NCBI GenBank assembly: GCA_035304545.1
Contig: DATGPV010000018.1
Span: 4,331 to 68,330 of the forward strand
Length of the DNA stretch: 64,000 nucleotides
Direction: 5' to 3'
Source of the DNA: Limnochordales bacterium
GTDB lineage: Bacteria > Bacillota > Limnochordia > Limnochordales > ZCTH02-B6
The notes beneath the pieces are model-generated. The model ran no database searches. It worked only from the letters and a program-made list of their open reading frames with translations, and was not told the origin of the DNA. Shown here one piece after another: positions 44,158-56,048 of the stretch (the stretch's first letter is position 1; each line of letters starts with the position of its first letter). Position numbers and translations under genes: made by a program.

Positions 44158-45171
44158 GTGGAACTGGCGACCATGTCGGGACTGTTGCTCTTCCTGCTGG
44201 CGATCATTTTTGTCATCGTGTTCTTCAACTTCATTCCGGTGGGGCTGTGGATCTCCGCCTGGGCGTCGGGCGTGCGGGTGGGCATCCTGCAGCTGGTGGG
44301 GATGCGCCTGCGCCGGGTGCCACCGGCGAAAATCGTGCTGCCGCTGATCAAGGCGGTGAAGGCCGGGCTGGACGTGGCCATCGACAAGCTGGAAGCCCAC
44401 TACCTGGCCGGCGGCAACGTGGACCGGGTGGTGGATGCCCTGATCGCCGCCCACCGGGCCCAGATCGAGTTGAGCTTTGAGCGGGCTGCGGCCATCGATC
44501 TGGCCGGCCGGAATGTGCTGGAAGCGGTGCAGGTGAGCGTCAACCCCCGGGTCATTGAGACGCCCGTCATCTCCGCGGTGGCGAAAAACGGCATCGAGCT
44601 CAAGGTCAAGGCCCGGGTGACGGTGCGGGCCAACATTCAGCGCCTGGTGGGCGGCGCCGGCGAAGAGACCATCGTGGCCCGGGTGGGCGAAGGCATTGTC
44701 ACCACCGTCGGGTCGTCGGCCAGCCACGAGGAAGTGCTGGAGAACCCGGACTTGATTTCCAAGACGGTGTTGGAAAAGGGCCTAGACGCGGGCACCGCCT
44801 ACGAGATCTTGTCCATCGACATCGCCGACGTGGACGTGGGCCGCAACATCGGGGCTCAGCTGCAGATCGACCAGGCGGAAGCCGACAAGAACATCGCCCA
44901 GGCCAAGGCGGCGGAGCGGCGCTTTGCCGCCCTGGCCCGGGAGCAGGAAATGCGGGCGATGGTGGAAGAGATGCGGGCCCGGGTGGTGGAAGCCGAAGCC
45001 GAAGTGCCCAAGGCGCTGGCCGCGGCCCTGCGGGAAGGGCGCCTGGGCGTGTTGGATTACTACGCCATGCGCAATCTCATCGCCGACACCGAGATGCGCC
45101 AGGCCATCAGCCGGGGCGGGGAGGCCCCTGAGCCCAAGCCGGGCGGTGAAGCCCCCAAAGGATCCCGGTGA
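44158..45171 (+). CDS. floA: Flotillin-like protein FloA (YqfA)
   Basis: [36 protein letters not shown]...KAGLDV...[21 protein letters not shown]...[23 protein letters not shown]. The start is GTG 44158, 8 nt after GGAGG. Confidence 0.92.
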   Translation: MELATMSGLLLFLLAIIFVIVFFNFIPVGLWISAWASGVRVGILQLVGMRLRRVPPAKIVLPLIKAVKAGLDVAIDKLEAHYLAGGNVDRVVDALIAAHRAQIELSFERAAAIDLAGRNVLEAVQVSVNPRVIETPVISAVAKNGIELKVKARVTVRANIQRLVGGAGEETIVARVGEGIVTTVGSSASHEEVLENPDLISKTVLEKGLDAGTAYEILSIDIADVDVGRNIGAQLQIDQAEADKNIAQAKAAERRFAALAREQEMRAMVEEMRARVVEAEAEVPKALAAALREGRLGVLDYYAMRNLIADTEMRQAISRGGEAPEPKPGGEAPKGSR

Positions 45172-45232
45172 GAGCCGGTGGAGAAACCGATACGGGGGAA
45201 TGGGACGGCGCCGGCCGGGGAGGTGAGGCATT

Positions 45233-45994
45233 GTGCCCCTGGATGAGCTTTTGGCCCTGTTGTTTGCTTTCTACATTCTGAGCTGGGTCATGGCGGCCCT
45301 GGCGCGCCGCCGGCCCGGGCCCGGCGGCGGGTCCGCCGGGGACGACGGGGCGGGGCCCGAAGACATCTTGGACATGGACGAACTGGAGCGGCGGCTGCGC
45401 CGGGCCCGGGAGGAGATGCTGCGCCCGCCGCCGGCCGGCCCGGATGAGGGGCCGCCGCCGGTGATCCCGCGGCCTGCCGCCCCCGGGGAGTGGCCGCTGG
45501 GGGTGCCGTCCCCGCGGCCGGCGGCGGAAACGCCGGCTCGGACAGCGCCGGCTCCGGCGGCGCCGGTTCCCGTGGGGGCGCCCGCCCAAGGCGGGGCAGA
45601 GAGGCCCCGGATGCCCGCGGCGATGCGGCGCCCCGCCACCCGGCCCACGGTACGGCCATCCCGCCCCGACGAGGTTTTTGATGACCTGACGCTGGCCGAA
45701 GGTGACTGGGGCGCGGGCGCCGCGGATATCCCGCTGGGCGCGGACGTCCTGGACATCCCGGACATCGCGGGGAGCGGGGGCGCCTTGACGGACGGTCCGC
45801 TGCGCGGCCAGCCGCCGGCCGCCCCTGGGGCCGGGGAACGGCGGGCTGCGCCCGGGCAGCTGCCCCCCGCGGCCGCGGCGCTGCTCGCGCGGGGGCAGCC
45901 GTGGCTGGCGGCGGTAGTCCTCAAGGAGGTGTGGGATGCTCCCCGGGCCCTGCGGCCCCATCGGGCCTGGCCCAGGGGGCATCCGCAGGTCTAG
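45233..45994 (+). CDS. Hypothetical TM-anchored Pro/Ala-rich protein (positional equivalent of yqfB)
   Basis: GTG 45233 lies 6 nt after GGAGGTGA. The N-terminal TM segment is LLALLFAFYILSWVMAALA, and the rest is low-complexity P/A/G. All six frames are open here, so the call rests on the SD, the TM segment and gene position. Confidence 0.5.
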   Translation: MPLDELLALLFAFYILSWVMAALARRRPGPGGGSAGDDGAGPEDILDMDELERRLRRAREEMLRPPPAGPDEGPPPVIPRPAAPGEWPLGVPSPRPAAETPARTAPAPAAPVPVGAPAQGGAERPRMPAAMRRPATRPTVRPSRPDEVFDDLTLAEGDWGAGAADIPLGADVLDIPDIAGSGGALTDGPLRGQPPAAPGAGERRAAPGQLPPAAAALLARGQPWLAAVVLKEVWDAPRALRPHRAWPRGHPQV

Positions 45995-46035
45995 CCGGCG
46001 CGCCCGCGGCATAGGGTGTCCCGGGAGGGACGGCC

Positions 46036-46314
46036 GTGGGACGGCAGCGCGGCAGCGTGGCAGAGCGCCTGGTGCGGGCCTTGGAGCTGCCCCAGGATAT
46101 CGTTTTCAACCTGCCCAAGACGACGCTCATCGGCGATGTGCAGATGCTGGTGGAGAACCATCAAGGGCTGCTCAAGTACACGCCCCGCGAAATCCGGATT
46201 CGCACCACCCAGGGTGAGCTGGTCGTGACGGGCAGCCGCCTCGCCATCGGCAGCATTCTCCCTCAGGAACTGGTGGTGGACGGGCGCATCCTCCAAGTGC
46301 AGCTGCACCGCTGA
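46036..46314 (+). CDS. yqfC: Sporulation protein YqfC
   Basis: ALELPQDIVFNLPKTTLIGDVQMLVENHQGLLKYTPREIRIRTTQGELVVTGSRLAIGSI matches the YqfC family pattern and gene order. Confidence 0.9.
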   Translation: MGRQRGSVAERLVRALELPQDIVFNLPKTTLIGDVQMLVENHQGLLKYTPREIRIRTTQGELVVTGSRLAIGSILPQELVVDGRILQVQLHR

Positions 46315-46332
46315 GGAGGCCCGCCCCGGCCT

Positions 46333-47547
46333 ATGCGCGCCCTGTCGTCCCTGTTCAGAGGATATGTTATAATCAGAGCAAAGGGTGGCCGCCTCGAAGC
46401 GTTCGTAAACCGGGTCGTCGCCCAGGGGATCGCCCTGTGGCGGCTGGAGCGGGTGGCCCCGCACCTCCTGGTGGCCCGGGTGGCGGCGTCCGACTTCCCG
46501 CGGGTGGCCAGGGCGGGCCGGCGGCTGGGAGTGCACGTGGTCATCCTGCACAAGGCCGGCCTGCCGTTTTTGTTGCTGCGGGCTGGACGCCGGCCCGCCT
46601 TCGTGGCCGGCGGGGCGCTGCTGGCCGCCCTGCTGTACGTGCTGGGCCAGTTCGTCTGGTTCGTGCGGGTGGAGGGTGTCCAGGCCTTGCCGCCGCACCG
46701 CCTGTTGGCGGTGGCGGCCGAGGCGGGCTTGCGCCCGGGCGTTTTGCGGGACCTGGTGCGGCGGGACGTGGTGGAGCGGCGGCTGTACCTGGAGATCCCC
46801 CAGTTGGCCTGGACGGCGGTGGAGATCCGGGGCACGGTGGCCACCGTCCGGGTGGTGGAGCGCACCGAACTGGAGGCCGGCCAGCGGCAGCCGGGCCATA
46901 TCGTGGCCGTACGCGACGGTGTGGTGGAACAGGCGGCCGCGCTGCGGGGCGAAGTGCTGGTGACCCCCGGGGAAACGGTGCGGGCGGGCCAGCCCCTCAT
47001 CAGCGGCATGCTGCCGCCGGGCAGCGCGGAGTACCAGGAGCACATCGCCCGGGGTCAGCTGCCCTACGTGCGGGCCGCCGGCGTCGTGCGGGGCCGCACG
47101 TGGTACCGGGGGCTGGCGGAGGCGCCGCTTGTGCGGGTCGTAGAGGAGGATACGGGCAGGCGGCACCGCTACGGGATCCTCCGCCTGGGCCGGTGGCAAC
47201 TGCGCCTGGGCCGCACCGCGGCCCCCTTTGCCGCGGCCCGGTGGGAGGAGCACACCCGGTCGCTGGCCGCCCTACCCGGGCTCTCGTGGACGTGGCATGT
47301 GGCCTACGAAGTCCGGCGGTGGGAGGAACCCGTGGGCGCGGCCCAGGCCCGGGCCGAAGCGGTGGCCCAGGCCCGCGCCCAGGTGGCGGCGCAGCTGCCG
47401 GCCGGGGGCGAAATTCTGGACGAGCAGGTAACCGTCACCGAGGACCGGTCCGCGGGTGTGGTGCGGGCCATGGTCACGCTGGAGGTCCTGCAGGATCTGG
47501 GCCGGTTTGCGCCCATCGGCGCCGGCCCGGACGGCCAAGACGGCTGA
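46333..47547 (+). CDS. yqfD: Sporulation protein YqfD (stage IV)
   Basis: LFRGYVIIRAKGGRLEAFVNRVVAQGIALWRLERV, a central TM segment, and YqfD family architecture. It follows yqfC. Confidence 0.9.
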   Translation: MRALSSLFRGYVIIRAKGGRLEAFVNRVVAQGIALWRLERVAPHLLVARVAASDFPRVARAGRRLGVHVVILHKAGLPFLLLRAGRRPAFVAGGALLAALLYVLGQFVWFVRVEGVQALPPHRLLAVAAEAGLRPGVLRDLVRRDVVERRLYLEIPQLAWTAVEIRGTVATVRVVERTELEAGQRQPGHIVAVRDGVVEQAAALRGEVLVTPGETVRAGQPLISGMLPPGSAEYQEHIARGQLPYVRAAGVVRGRTWYRGLAEAPLVRVVEEDTGRRHRYGILRLGRWQLRLGRTAAPFAAARWEEHTRSLAALPGLSWTWHVAYEVRRWEEPVGAAQARAEAVAQARAQVAAQLPAGGEILDEQVTVTEDRSAGVVRAMVTLEVLQDLGRFAPIGAGPDGQDG

Positions 47548-47573
47548 CTTCCGGGGAGGGATACGGACCAGCT

Positions 47574-48602
47574 TTGAGCAAACCGTTGATGGAAGCCGCC
47601 TTCGCGGTGGAGGACAACTCCGCGGCCCTGGGCGTCTTTGGCGAGCGGGATGAGCACCTGCGCACCATCGAGCGGGCCCTGGGGGTAACCATCGTGCCCC
47701 GGGGCAACGCCCTCGCCATCAGTGGAGAGCCGGCCGCCGTGGACCAGGCTCTGCGGGTGCTGCGGGATTTGGCGGAACTATGCCGGACGCGTCCTTACCT
47801 GACGGCCCAGGAGGTCCGCTACGCCCTGCGGCTGGCCGCGGGGGGCGCCGGCGCCACGCTGGCAGACATCCAGCGGGATGTGGTGGTGGTGACGGCCCGC
47901 GGGCGGCCGGTGACGCCTCGCACCTTGGGGCAAAAGCTGTACGTGGACGCCATGCGGCGCCACAGCCTCGTCTTTGCCATCGGGCCCGCGGGGACCGGCA
48001 AGACGTACCTCGCGGTGGCGGTGGCCGTGGCCGCCCTGCGGGCCCGGTCGGTGGCCCGTCTCGTCCTGACCCGGCCCGCGGTGGAAGCCGGGGAGCGCCT
48101 CGGTTTCCTCCCGGGGGATCTGCAGGATAAAGTGGATCCCTACTTGCGGCCTTTGTACGATGCCTTGTACGATATTGTCGGTGCGGAGGCGTTCCAGCGC
48201 CAGGTGGAGCGGGGCGTCATCGAGGTGGCTCCCCTGGCCTACATGCGGGGCCGGACCCTGGAGGACGCCTTTGTCATCCTGGATGAGGCGCAAAATACGA
48301 CGCCCGAACAGATGAAGATGTTTCTTACCCGCATGGGCCTCCGCTCCCGCATGGTGGTCACGGGGGACTTGACGCAGATCGACTTGCCCCCGGGCCAGAT
48401 GTCGGGGCTGGCCCATGCCCGGGCCGTGCTGGCCGACACGGGCATTCCCTTTGTGGATTTGTCCGACGCGGATGTCGTCCGGCACGAGCTGGTGCAAAAG
48501 ATCGTCCGCGCCTACGAGCGGGCGGAGCAGCGCGGCTTGCGGGCTCGGCCGGCGGGCCGGGCCCCCGAGCCGGGAGATGAGGAGTATGACCAAGAAACCT
48601 GA
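47574..48602 (+). CDS. phoH: PhoH-family ATPase (YqfE/PhoH-like)
   Basis: VFAIGPAGTGKTYLAVAVAVAAL (Walker A)...FVILDEAQNTTPEQMKMFLTRMG...MVVTGDLTQIDLP. The start is TTG 47574 or ATG 47589; neither has a well-spaced SD. Confidence 0.92.
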   Translation: MSKPLMEAAFAVEDNSAALGVFGERDEHLRTIERALGVTIVPRGNALAISGEPAAVDQALRVLRDLAELCRTRPYLTAQEVRYALRLAAGGAGATLADIQRDVVVVTARGRPVTPRTLGQKLYVDAMRRHSLVFAIGPAGTGKTYLAVAVAVAALRARSVARLVLTRPAVEAGERLGFLPGDLQDKVDPYLRPLYDALYDIVGAEAFQRQVERGVIEVAPLAYMRGRTLEDAFVILDEAQNTTPEQMKMFLTRMGLRSRMVVTGDLTQIDLPPGQMSGLAHARAVLADTGIPFVDLSDADVVRHELVQKIVRAYERAEQRGLRARPAGRAPEPGDEEYDQET

Positions 48603-51102
48603 CGGTACCGGAGTCCACGATCCGGCCCGCAAAGGAGGCGCCCACCGGGTGTGGGCGTCTTTGCGCGCGGGCCTGTGGGAGCCGGTGCACGGCTTTTTCT
48701 CCCGGTCCAGCCGGGCCCGGCGGGTCCTGTTGGCCGCCGTGATGTTTGCGGTACTGCTGGCGGTGATGGCCGCCGACAAGGCGCCTGACGTGCTGGACTG
48801 GCAAGTGGGCGACGTGGCCACCCGGGACGTGGCCGCGCCCCGGGACGTGGTGGACCGCTACCGCACAGAGCAGCTGCGGGAGCAGGCGGCCCGGGAGGCG
48901 GTGCGGCAGGCCGAGCTGGACCCTGTGAACTGGGAAATTAATCCCGCCGAAGCCCTGCGGGCCGAGGAGCGGGTTAAGGCCATTTTCCAGATACTGTGGG
49001 CGGTGCGGGCCCGGGCCGGGGTCGAGCTGGGCGGCGAGCCCGGCGGGGGAGCGCCCCCGGAGCCTGGGGCCACCGCACCCGGAGCCGGCGGGGAACCGGA
49101 CGCCGCGGCCGGCGCTGCGGCACCGGCCGATGACGGGGCCGGAGACACCGGGGCGGCGGGCGACGCCCTTTCGCCGGAGGTCGCCGAGCCGGCGCCGTCC
49201 GTCGCCCTGCCCCCCGAGCTGGTGGAGGAGCTGCTGGCCGAGGCCGAGGCGCTCTTGGCCGAGCAGGGTATGCCCCTCGGGCGTGACGTCCTGGCCTACG
49301 GGTTGACGCGGGACGACGGTGCCCTCGCGGCCCTGGAGGAGCGCACCCTGCGGGTGGTGGCCGATGTGATGCTGCGCCGCCGCATCAGCGCCGAAGACCT
49401 GGAGCGGGAGCGGGAAGCGGTGGCGGCCGAACCGCAGGTGGCGACCCTGTCCGGGGAGGAGCAGGCCTTCGTGGCCGAGGTGGTGCGCGCGGTCCTGCGC
49501 CCTAACCTGATCCCAAGTCCGGAGCGCATCGAGCGGGCCCGGCAGGAAGCGATGCGGGCCGTGGCCGAGGTGCGGGTCCGGGAAGGCCAGATCATTATCC
49601 GCCGCGGCGACCCGGTGACCGTGGAACATATCATGCTGCTGCAGGATCTGGGCATGCTGGACGGCCGCTACAGCTACGGCCAGCTGGCCGGCGACGCGCT
49701 GCTGCTGCTGCTCCTGTTTGCCATGGTCGGGGTGTACCTCAACCAGCACCGGCGGGACATCCTCACCAACGAGAAGCAGCTGGCCCTGCTGGGCCTCATC
49801 GTGCTGCTGGTGGTCGGTTTGGCCAAGGTGGGCACCTTCATCCCCTGGGACGGCACGGCGCTGCTGGTGCCCGTGGGGCTCGCGGGCCTGCTGGTCACGC
49901 TCCTTTTGGATTCCCGGCTGGCCATGCTGGTGACCGTCGTCCTGGCCATCCTGTTGGCCGCGCTGTTTGGGTTTGATGGACGCTACTTTGTGGTGGCTGT
50001 CGGCGGGGGCGTGGCGGGCGTGTACAGCGTTTCCCGGGTCAGCCAGCGGTCGGATCTGACTCGCGCCGGCCTCATCGTGGGCGGGGCGTGCTTCCTGACC
50101 ATGATCGCCCTGGGGCTGCTGCGCAGCGAGATGTTTCTCATCCAGTACTCGTTTTTGGGGCTCCTCAACGGCCTTGTGTCCGCGGTGGGCACCATCGGGC
50201 TGTTGCCCTACCTGGAGACGCTGTTTGGCATCACCTCCTCCATCCGCCTCCTGGAGCTGTCCAATCCCAACCACCCGCTGCTGCGCAAGCTCCTGATGGA
50301 GGCGCCGGGCACGTACCACCACAGCATTCTGGTGGGCAACCTGGCAGAGGCCGCCGCGGAGGCCATCGGCGCGGATCAGCTGCTGGTGCGGGTGGGGGCC
50401 CAGTACCACGACATCGGCAAGACCAAGCGGCCCTACTTCTTCGTGGAGAACCAGTTTGGAGGGGACAACCCCCACGACAAGATTTCGCCGACCTTGAGCA
50501 CGTTGATCATCATCTCCCACGTGCGGGACGGCGTGGAACTGGCCAAGGAGTACCAGCTGCCCGAGGTCATCGTGGACTTTATCCGGGAACACCACGGCAC
50601 CGACCTGGTGAAGTATTTCTACCAAAAGGCGGTGGAAAACGCCAAGGGCGAGCCCGTGGACGAGCTGGACTTCCGCTATCCGGGGCCGCGGCCCCAGTCC
50701 AAGGAAACCGCGGTGGTCATGCTGGCCGACGCGGTGGAGGCGTCGGTGCGGTCCTTGGGGCGGCCGACGCCAGGCCGCATCGAGGGCCTGGTGCGGCGCA
50801 TTATCAAGGAGCGGCTGGAAGCGGGCGAGCTGGACGAAAGCGACTTGACCCTCAAGGACCTGGACAAGATCGCGGAAGCTTTTGTGCGGGTCTTGACGGG
50901 CATCTACCACAAGCGGGTCGAATACCCCGACATGAGCGCCAAGGAACAGGAGTTGAAGCGGCTCAAGGAGCGGCGGCGCGCCGGCCGGGAAGCGCCCCAG
51001 GCCGCCCACGACGGTGTGCCCGACGCCCTACCGCCCGGCGGACAGCCCGCCCCGCAGCCCGCTTCGCAGTCGGGCTCGCACCAAAGCGCACAGGTGGGAT
51101 AG
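48586..51102 (+). CDS. pgpH: 7TM-HD membrane phosphohydrolase (YqfF/PgpH-like, putative cyclic-di-AMP phosphodiesterase)
   Basis: N-terminal TM segment plus an extracytoplasmic domain, a 7TM region, and a C-terminal HD domain (HSILVGNLAEAAAEAIG...GAQYHDIGKT...ISHVRDGVELA...IREHHGT). The start (48577 or 48586) overlaps the phoH 3' end. Confidence 0.9.
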   Translation: MTKKPDGTGVHDPARKGGAHRVWASLRAGLWEPVHGFFSRSSRARRVLLAAVMFAVLLAVMAADKAPDVLDWQVGDVATRDVAAPRDVVDRYRTEQLREQAAREAVRQAELDPVNWEINPAEALRAEERVKAIFQILWAVRARAGVELGGEPGGGAPPEPGATAPGAGGEPDAAAGAAAPADDGAGDTGAAGDALSPEVAEPAPSVALPPELVEELLAEAEALLAEQGMPLGRDVLAYGLTRDDGALAALEERTLRVVADVMLRRRISAEDLEREREAVAAEPQVATLSGEEQAFVAEVVRAVLRPNLIPSPERIERARQEAMRAVAEVRVREGQIIIRRGDPVTVEHIMLLQDLGMLDGRYSYGQLAGDALLLLLLFAMVGVYLNQHRRDILTNEKQLALLGLIVLLVVGLAKVGTFIPWDGTALLVPVGLAGLLVTLLLDSRLAMLVTVVLAILLAALFGFDGRYFVVAVGGGVAGVYSVSRVSQRSDLTRAGLIVGGACFLTMIALGLLRSEMFLIQYSFLGLLNGLVSAVGTIGLLPYLETLFGITSSIRLLELSNPNHPLLRKLLMEAPGTYHHSILVGNLAEAAAEAIGADQLLVRVGAQYHDIGKTKRPYFFVENQFGGDNPHDKISPTLSTLIIISHVRDGVELAKEYQLPEVIVDFIREHHGTDLVKYFYQKAVENAKGEPVDELDFRYPGPRPQSKETAVVMLADAVEASVRSLGRPTPGRIEGLVRRIIKERLEAGELDESDLTLKDLDKIAEAFVRVLTGIYHKRVEYPDMSAKEQELKRLKERRRAGREAPQAAHDGVPDALPPGGQPAPQPASQSGSHQSAQVG

Positions 51103-51108
51103 ACGGCC

Positions 51109-51588
51109 ATGGACGTGGTGGTGACCAAACGCACGGCGGCCCCGCTGCCCGAGGGCGCCGCCCGGCAGCTGGCCGCGGCGGGGCGGGCGGCCTTGGCCGC
51201 GGAAGGCATGCCCGACGGGGTCGAGGTGTCGGTCACGCTGGTGGACGACGAGGAGATCCGGACTCTCAACCGGGACTACCGGGGCCAGGACGCGCCTACC
51301 GATGTGCTGTCCTTTCCCCTCTGGGAGCCCGATGAGATCGCGGCCCTGCGCCTTGACCCCCAGCGGTGGCCCGAGCGGCCGCTGCTCTTGGGCGATGTGG
51401 TCATCTCCGTGGAAACCGCGGTCCGCCAGGCCGAGGAATACGGCCACGGCCTGGAGCGGGAGCTGGGGTATCTGTGCGTCCACGGGGTGCTCCACTTGCT
51501 GGGTTACGACCACCAGGAGGAGGCGGCCCGGGCCGTCATGCGGGCCCGGGAAGAGGCCATTTTGTCCCAGCTGGGCCTGGCCCGCTGA
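51109..51588 (+). CDS. ybeY: rRNA maturation endoribonuclease YbeY
   Basis: TDVLSFP...GDVVIS...[14 protein letters not shown] contains the HGxLHLxGYDH zinc motif. Confidence 0.95.
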   Translation: MDVVVTKRTAAPLPEGAARQLAAAGRAALAAEGMPDGVEVSVTLVDDEEIRTLNRDYRGQDAPTDVLSFPLWEPDEIAALRLDPQRWPERPLLLGDVVISVETAVRQAEEYGHGLERELGYLCVHGVLHLLGYDHQEEAARAVMRAREEAILSQLGLAR

Positions 51589-51617
51589 CACAGGAGGCGG
51601 CTGCCGGTGAAGCGCAC

Positions 51618-52508
51618 ATGAGCCCCATGCGGGCCCGCACGTTGGGCGAGAGCTTTCGGTACGCTTTCGCGGGCGTAGCCTACGCCTGGCGCACCCAGCG
51701 CAACCTGCGCGTTCACGCCGCGGCGGCGGTGGTGGTGCTCCTGCTGGCGTGGGCCGTGGGGGCGACGGGCGGGGAGCTGGCGCTCTTGGTGCTCACCATC
51801 GGCATGGTGGTGGCCGCGGAGCTGTTCAACACGGCCATCGAGGCCGTGGTCGATCTGGTGACCGAGGCGTACCATCCCCTGGCCGCGGTGGCGAAAAACG
51901 TGGCAGCGGGAGCGGTGCTGGTGCTGGCCGGGGTGGCGGTGGTCATCGGCTACCTGGTCTTTGTCCCCCATCTCCCGCCGGCGCTGGCGGCGGTGCCCGT
52001 GGGGGGTTGGGCGGCGGCGCTGGTGCTGGCGCCCCCGGCAGTCATCACAAGGAGGGTGATCACGGTGCAGGAGACGGATAGGCAGCCGGTTTCCGGTCTG
52101 ACGGAGGCCGAGGTGGAGCAGCTGCTGGCTGCGGCCCGGGCGGTGCGGGAGCGGGCCTACGTGCCCTACTCGGGCTTCCGGGTGGGGGCAGCCTTGCTGA
52201 CGGCGGGGGGCGACATCGTCGCGGGCTGCAATGTGGAAAACGCGTCGTACGGGGCCACCATCTGCGCCGAGCGGGTCGCGCTGGGCACGGCGGTGGCCGC
52301 CGGCCACCGGGATTTCCGGGCCCTCGCGGTGGTCACCGATGGGGACGAGCCCGCGACCCCCTGCGGCATCTGCCGGCAGAGCCTGGTGGAGTTTGCCCCT
52401 AACATGCCCGTCATCCTGGCCAACCTCCAGGGCCGGCGGCAGGTGACCACCGCGGCCGAGCTGTTGCCGGGCGCTTTTCGCTTGCCTGCCCGCGAAGGGA
52501 AAGGCTAA
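51618..52508 (+). CDS. dgkA: In-frame fusion ORF: DgkA-family lipid kinase (diacylglycerol/undecaprenol kinase) + cytidine deaminase
   Basis: The DgkA part is FRYAFAGVAYAWRTQRNLRVH...AAELFNTAIEAVVDLV...AKNVAAGAVLV, with 3 TM segments. There is no stop before the Cdd domain in the same frame (the single track ORF runs 51366..52508). Confidence 0.8.
   Translation: MSPMRARTLGESFRYAFAGVAYAWRTQRNLRVHAAAAVVVLLLAWAVGATGGELALLVLTIGMVVAAELFNTAIEAVVDLVTEAYHPLAAVAKNVAAGAVLVLAGVAVVIGYLVFVPHLPPALAAVPVGGWAAALVLAPPAVITRRVITVQETDRQPVSGLTEAEVEQLLAAARAVRERAYVPYSGFRVGAALLTAGGDIVAGCNVENASYGATICAERVALGTAVAAGHRDFRALAVVTDGDEPATPCGICRQSLVEFAPNMPVILANLQGRRQVTTAAELLPGAFRLPAREGKG
52065..52508 (+). CDS. cdd: Cytidine deaminase domain/gene (possible independent initiation inside the fusion ORF)
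   Basis: AYVPYSGFRVGAALLTAGGDIVAGCNVENASYGATICAERVAL...PCGICRQSLVEF carries the CAE and PCGxCRQ zinc motifs. AAGGAGGG (52049-52056) lies 8 nt before the in-frame GTG 52065. Confidence 0.75.
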   Translation: MQETDRQPVSGLTEAEVEQLLAAARAVRERAYVPYSGFRVGAALLTAGGDIVAGCNVENASYGATICAERVALGTAVAAGHRDFRALAVVTDGDEPATPCGICRQSLVEFAPNMPVILANLQGRRQVTTAAELLPGAFRLPAREGKG

Positions 52509-52511
52509 GCT

Positions 52512-53453
52512 GTGGGAGGAATGGATTCCCGCGTGGGGGAAAGGAACGTCTTCCGAGAGGCTTCCTCGGCCAAGGGCTTCCGCTCTGGGTTCGCCGCCAT
52601 CATCGGGCGGCCCAACGTGGGCAAATCCACGTTGCTCAACTGTATTGTCGGCGCCAAGGTGGCCATCGTCTCGGACAAGCCCCAGACGACCCGCCACCGC
52701 ATTCAGGCCGTCTTGACCCGGCCCGATGCCCAGGTGGTGTTCATCGACACCCCGGGCCTGCACAAGCCCAAGCACCGGCTGGGCGACTATATGGTCCGGG
52801 TGGCGCGGGCCACGTGGTCCGAAGTGGACGTCATCCTCTGGGTGGTGGACGGGGCTGCGGGGGTGCGGTCCGCGGACAAGCGCATCGCTAGGGAGCTGGC
52901 GGGCATCGAGACGCCGGTGGCTTTGGTGGTCAACAAGCTGGACCTGGTCGAGGATAAAGCAGCCGCGGTAGCCGCCTTTGCCGAGCTGGGAACCTTTGCC
53001 CACGTGGCGCCCGTGTCGGCCGTCACAGGGGAAGGCACCGCCGAGCTGGTGGACTGGATCGTGGCCCGCCTGCCGGAGGGACCCAAGTACTTTCCCGACG
53101 AATGGCTCACCGACCGGCCCGAGGAGTTCCTCATCGCGGAGCTCATCCGGGAACAGGTCTTTCACCACACCCAGGAGGAAGTGCCCCACTCGGTGGCGGT
53201 GGTGGTGGAGGCGATGCGCCGCCGGCCGGACCGGGATCTGGTGGATGTGCAGGCCACCATCCTGGTGGAACGGGAAAGCCAGAAGGGCATCATTATCGGC
53301 CAGGGCGGGCGCATGCTCAAAGAGATCGGCCGCCTGGCCCGCATGGAGATCGAAGCCCTTTTGGGCAGCCAGATCAACCTGCAGCTGTGGGTCAAGGCGA
53401 AGCCGGGCTGGCGGGACCGCCCCGGGTCGCTTCAGGAACTGGGGTACCGTTGA
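52512..53453 (+). CDS. era: GTPase Era
   Basis: FRSGFAAIIGRPNVGKSTLLN (G1), DTPGLH (G3), NKLD (G4), and a C-terminal KH domain. The start is GTG 52512 or ATG 52521. Confidence 0.95.
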   Translation: MGGMDSRVGERNVFREASSAKGFRSGFAAIIGRPNVGKSTLLNCIVGAKVAIVSDKPQTTRHRIQAVLTRPDAQVVFIDTPGLHKPKHRLGDYMVRVARATWSEVDVILWVVDGAAGVRSADKRIARELAGIETPVALVVNKLDLVEDKAAAVAAFAELGTFAHVAPVSAVTGEGTAELVDWIVARLPEGPKYFPDEWLTDRPEEFLIAELIREQVFHHTQEEVPHSVAVVVEAMRRRPDRDLVDVQATILVERESQKGIIIGQGGRMLKEIGRLARMEIEALLGSQINLQLWVKAKPGWRDRPGSLQELGYR

Positions 53454-53472
53454 CCCTCAGGGGGAAACCGCA

Positions 53473-55708
<2,236 letters not shown>

Positions 55709-55744
55709 GAGTTTACATGCCCCCAAGAGAGGTGTGAACCACGG

Positions 55745-56035
55745 ATGGTGTTTCTGCAGGCGGAGACGAGCGCGGGGATGTTGGGCCCGCTTTTGCCTTT
55801 CATCCTCATGATCGCCGTGTTCTACTTTTTCCTCATCCGGCCCCAACAGCAGCAGCAGCGGAAACGCAAGGAAATGCTGGACAGCCTGAAGGCCGGCGAC
55901 AAGGTGATCACCGTGGGCGGCATCCACGGAGAGATCACCGCCGTCAAGGACGACACGGTGCAGCTGCGCATCGCGGACAAGGTGGAGATCCGCATGAGCC
56001 GGCAAGGCATCGGGCACGTGAAGGGCCGGGAGTAG
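55745..56035 (+). CDS. yajC: Preprotein translocase subunit YajC
   Basis: LPFILMIAVFYFFLIRPQQQQQRKRKEMLDSLKAGDKVITVGGIHGEI. Confidence 0.9.
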   Translation: MVFLQAETSAGMLGPLLPFILMIAVFYFFLIRPQQQQQRKRKEMLDSLKAGDKVITVGGIHGEITAVKDDTVQLRIADKVEIRMSRQGIGHVKGRE

Positions 56036-56048
56036 GGGAAAGGCCAGG

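Noticed and set aside
45107-46012. Alternative frames across the Pro/Ala-rich region: 45107..46012 -, 45271..45924 -, 45288..45659 -.
   Set aside because: All frames are open here. Only the + frame starting at GTG 45233 has a strong SD, an N-terminal TM helix and the expected yqfB position. Even that call is kept at 0.5.
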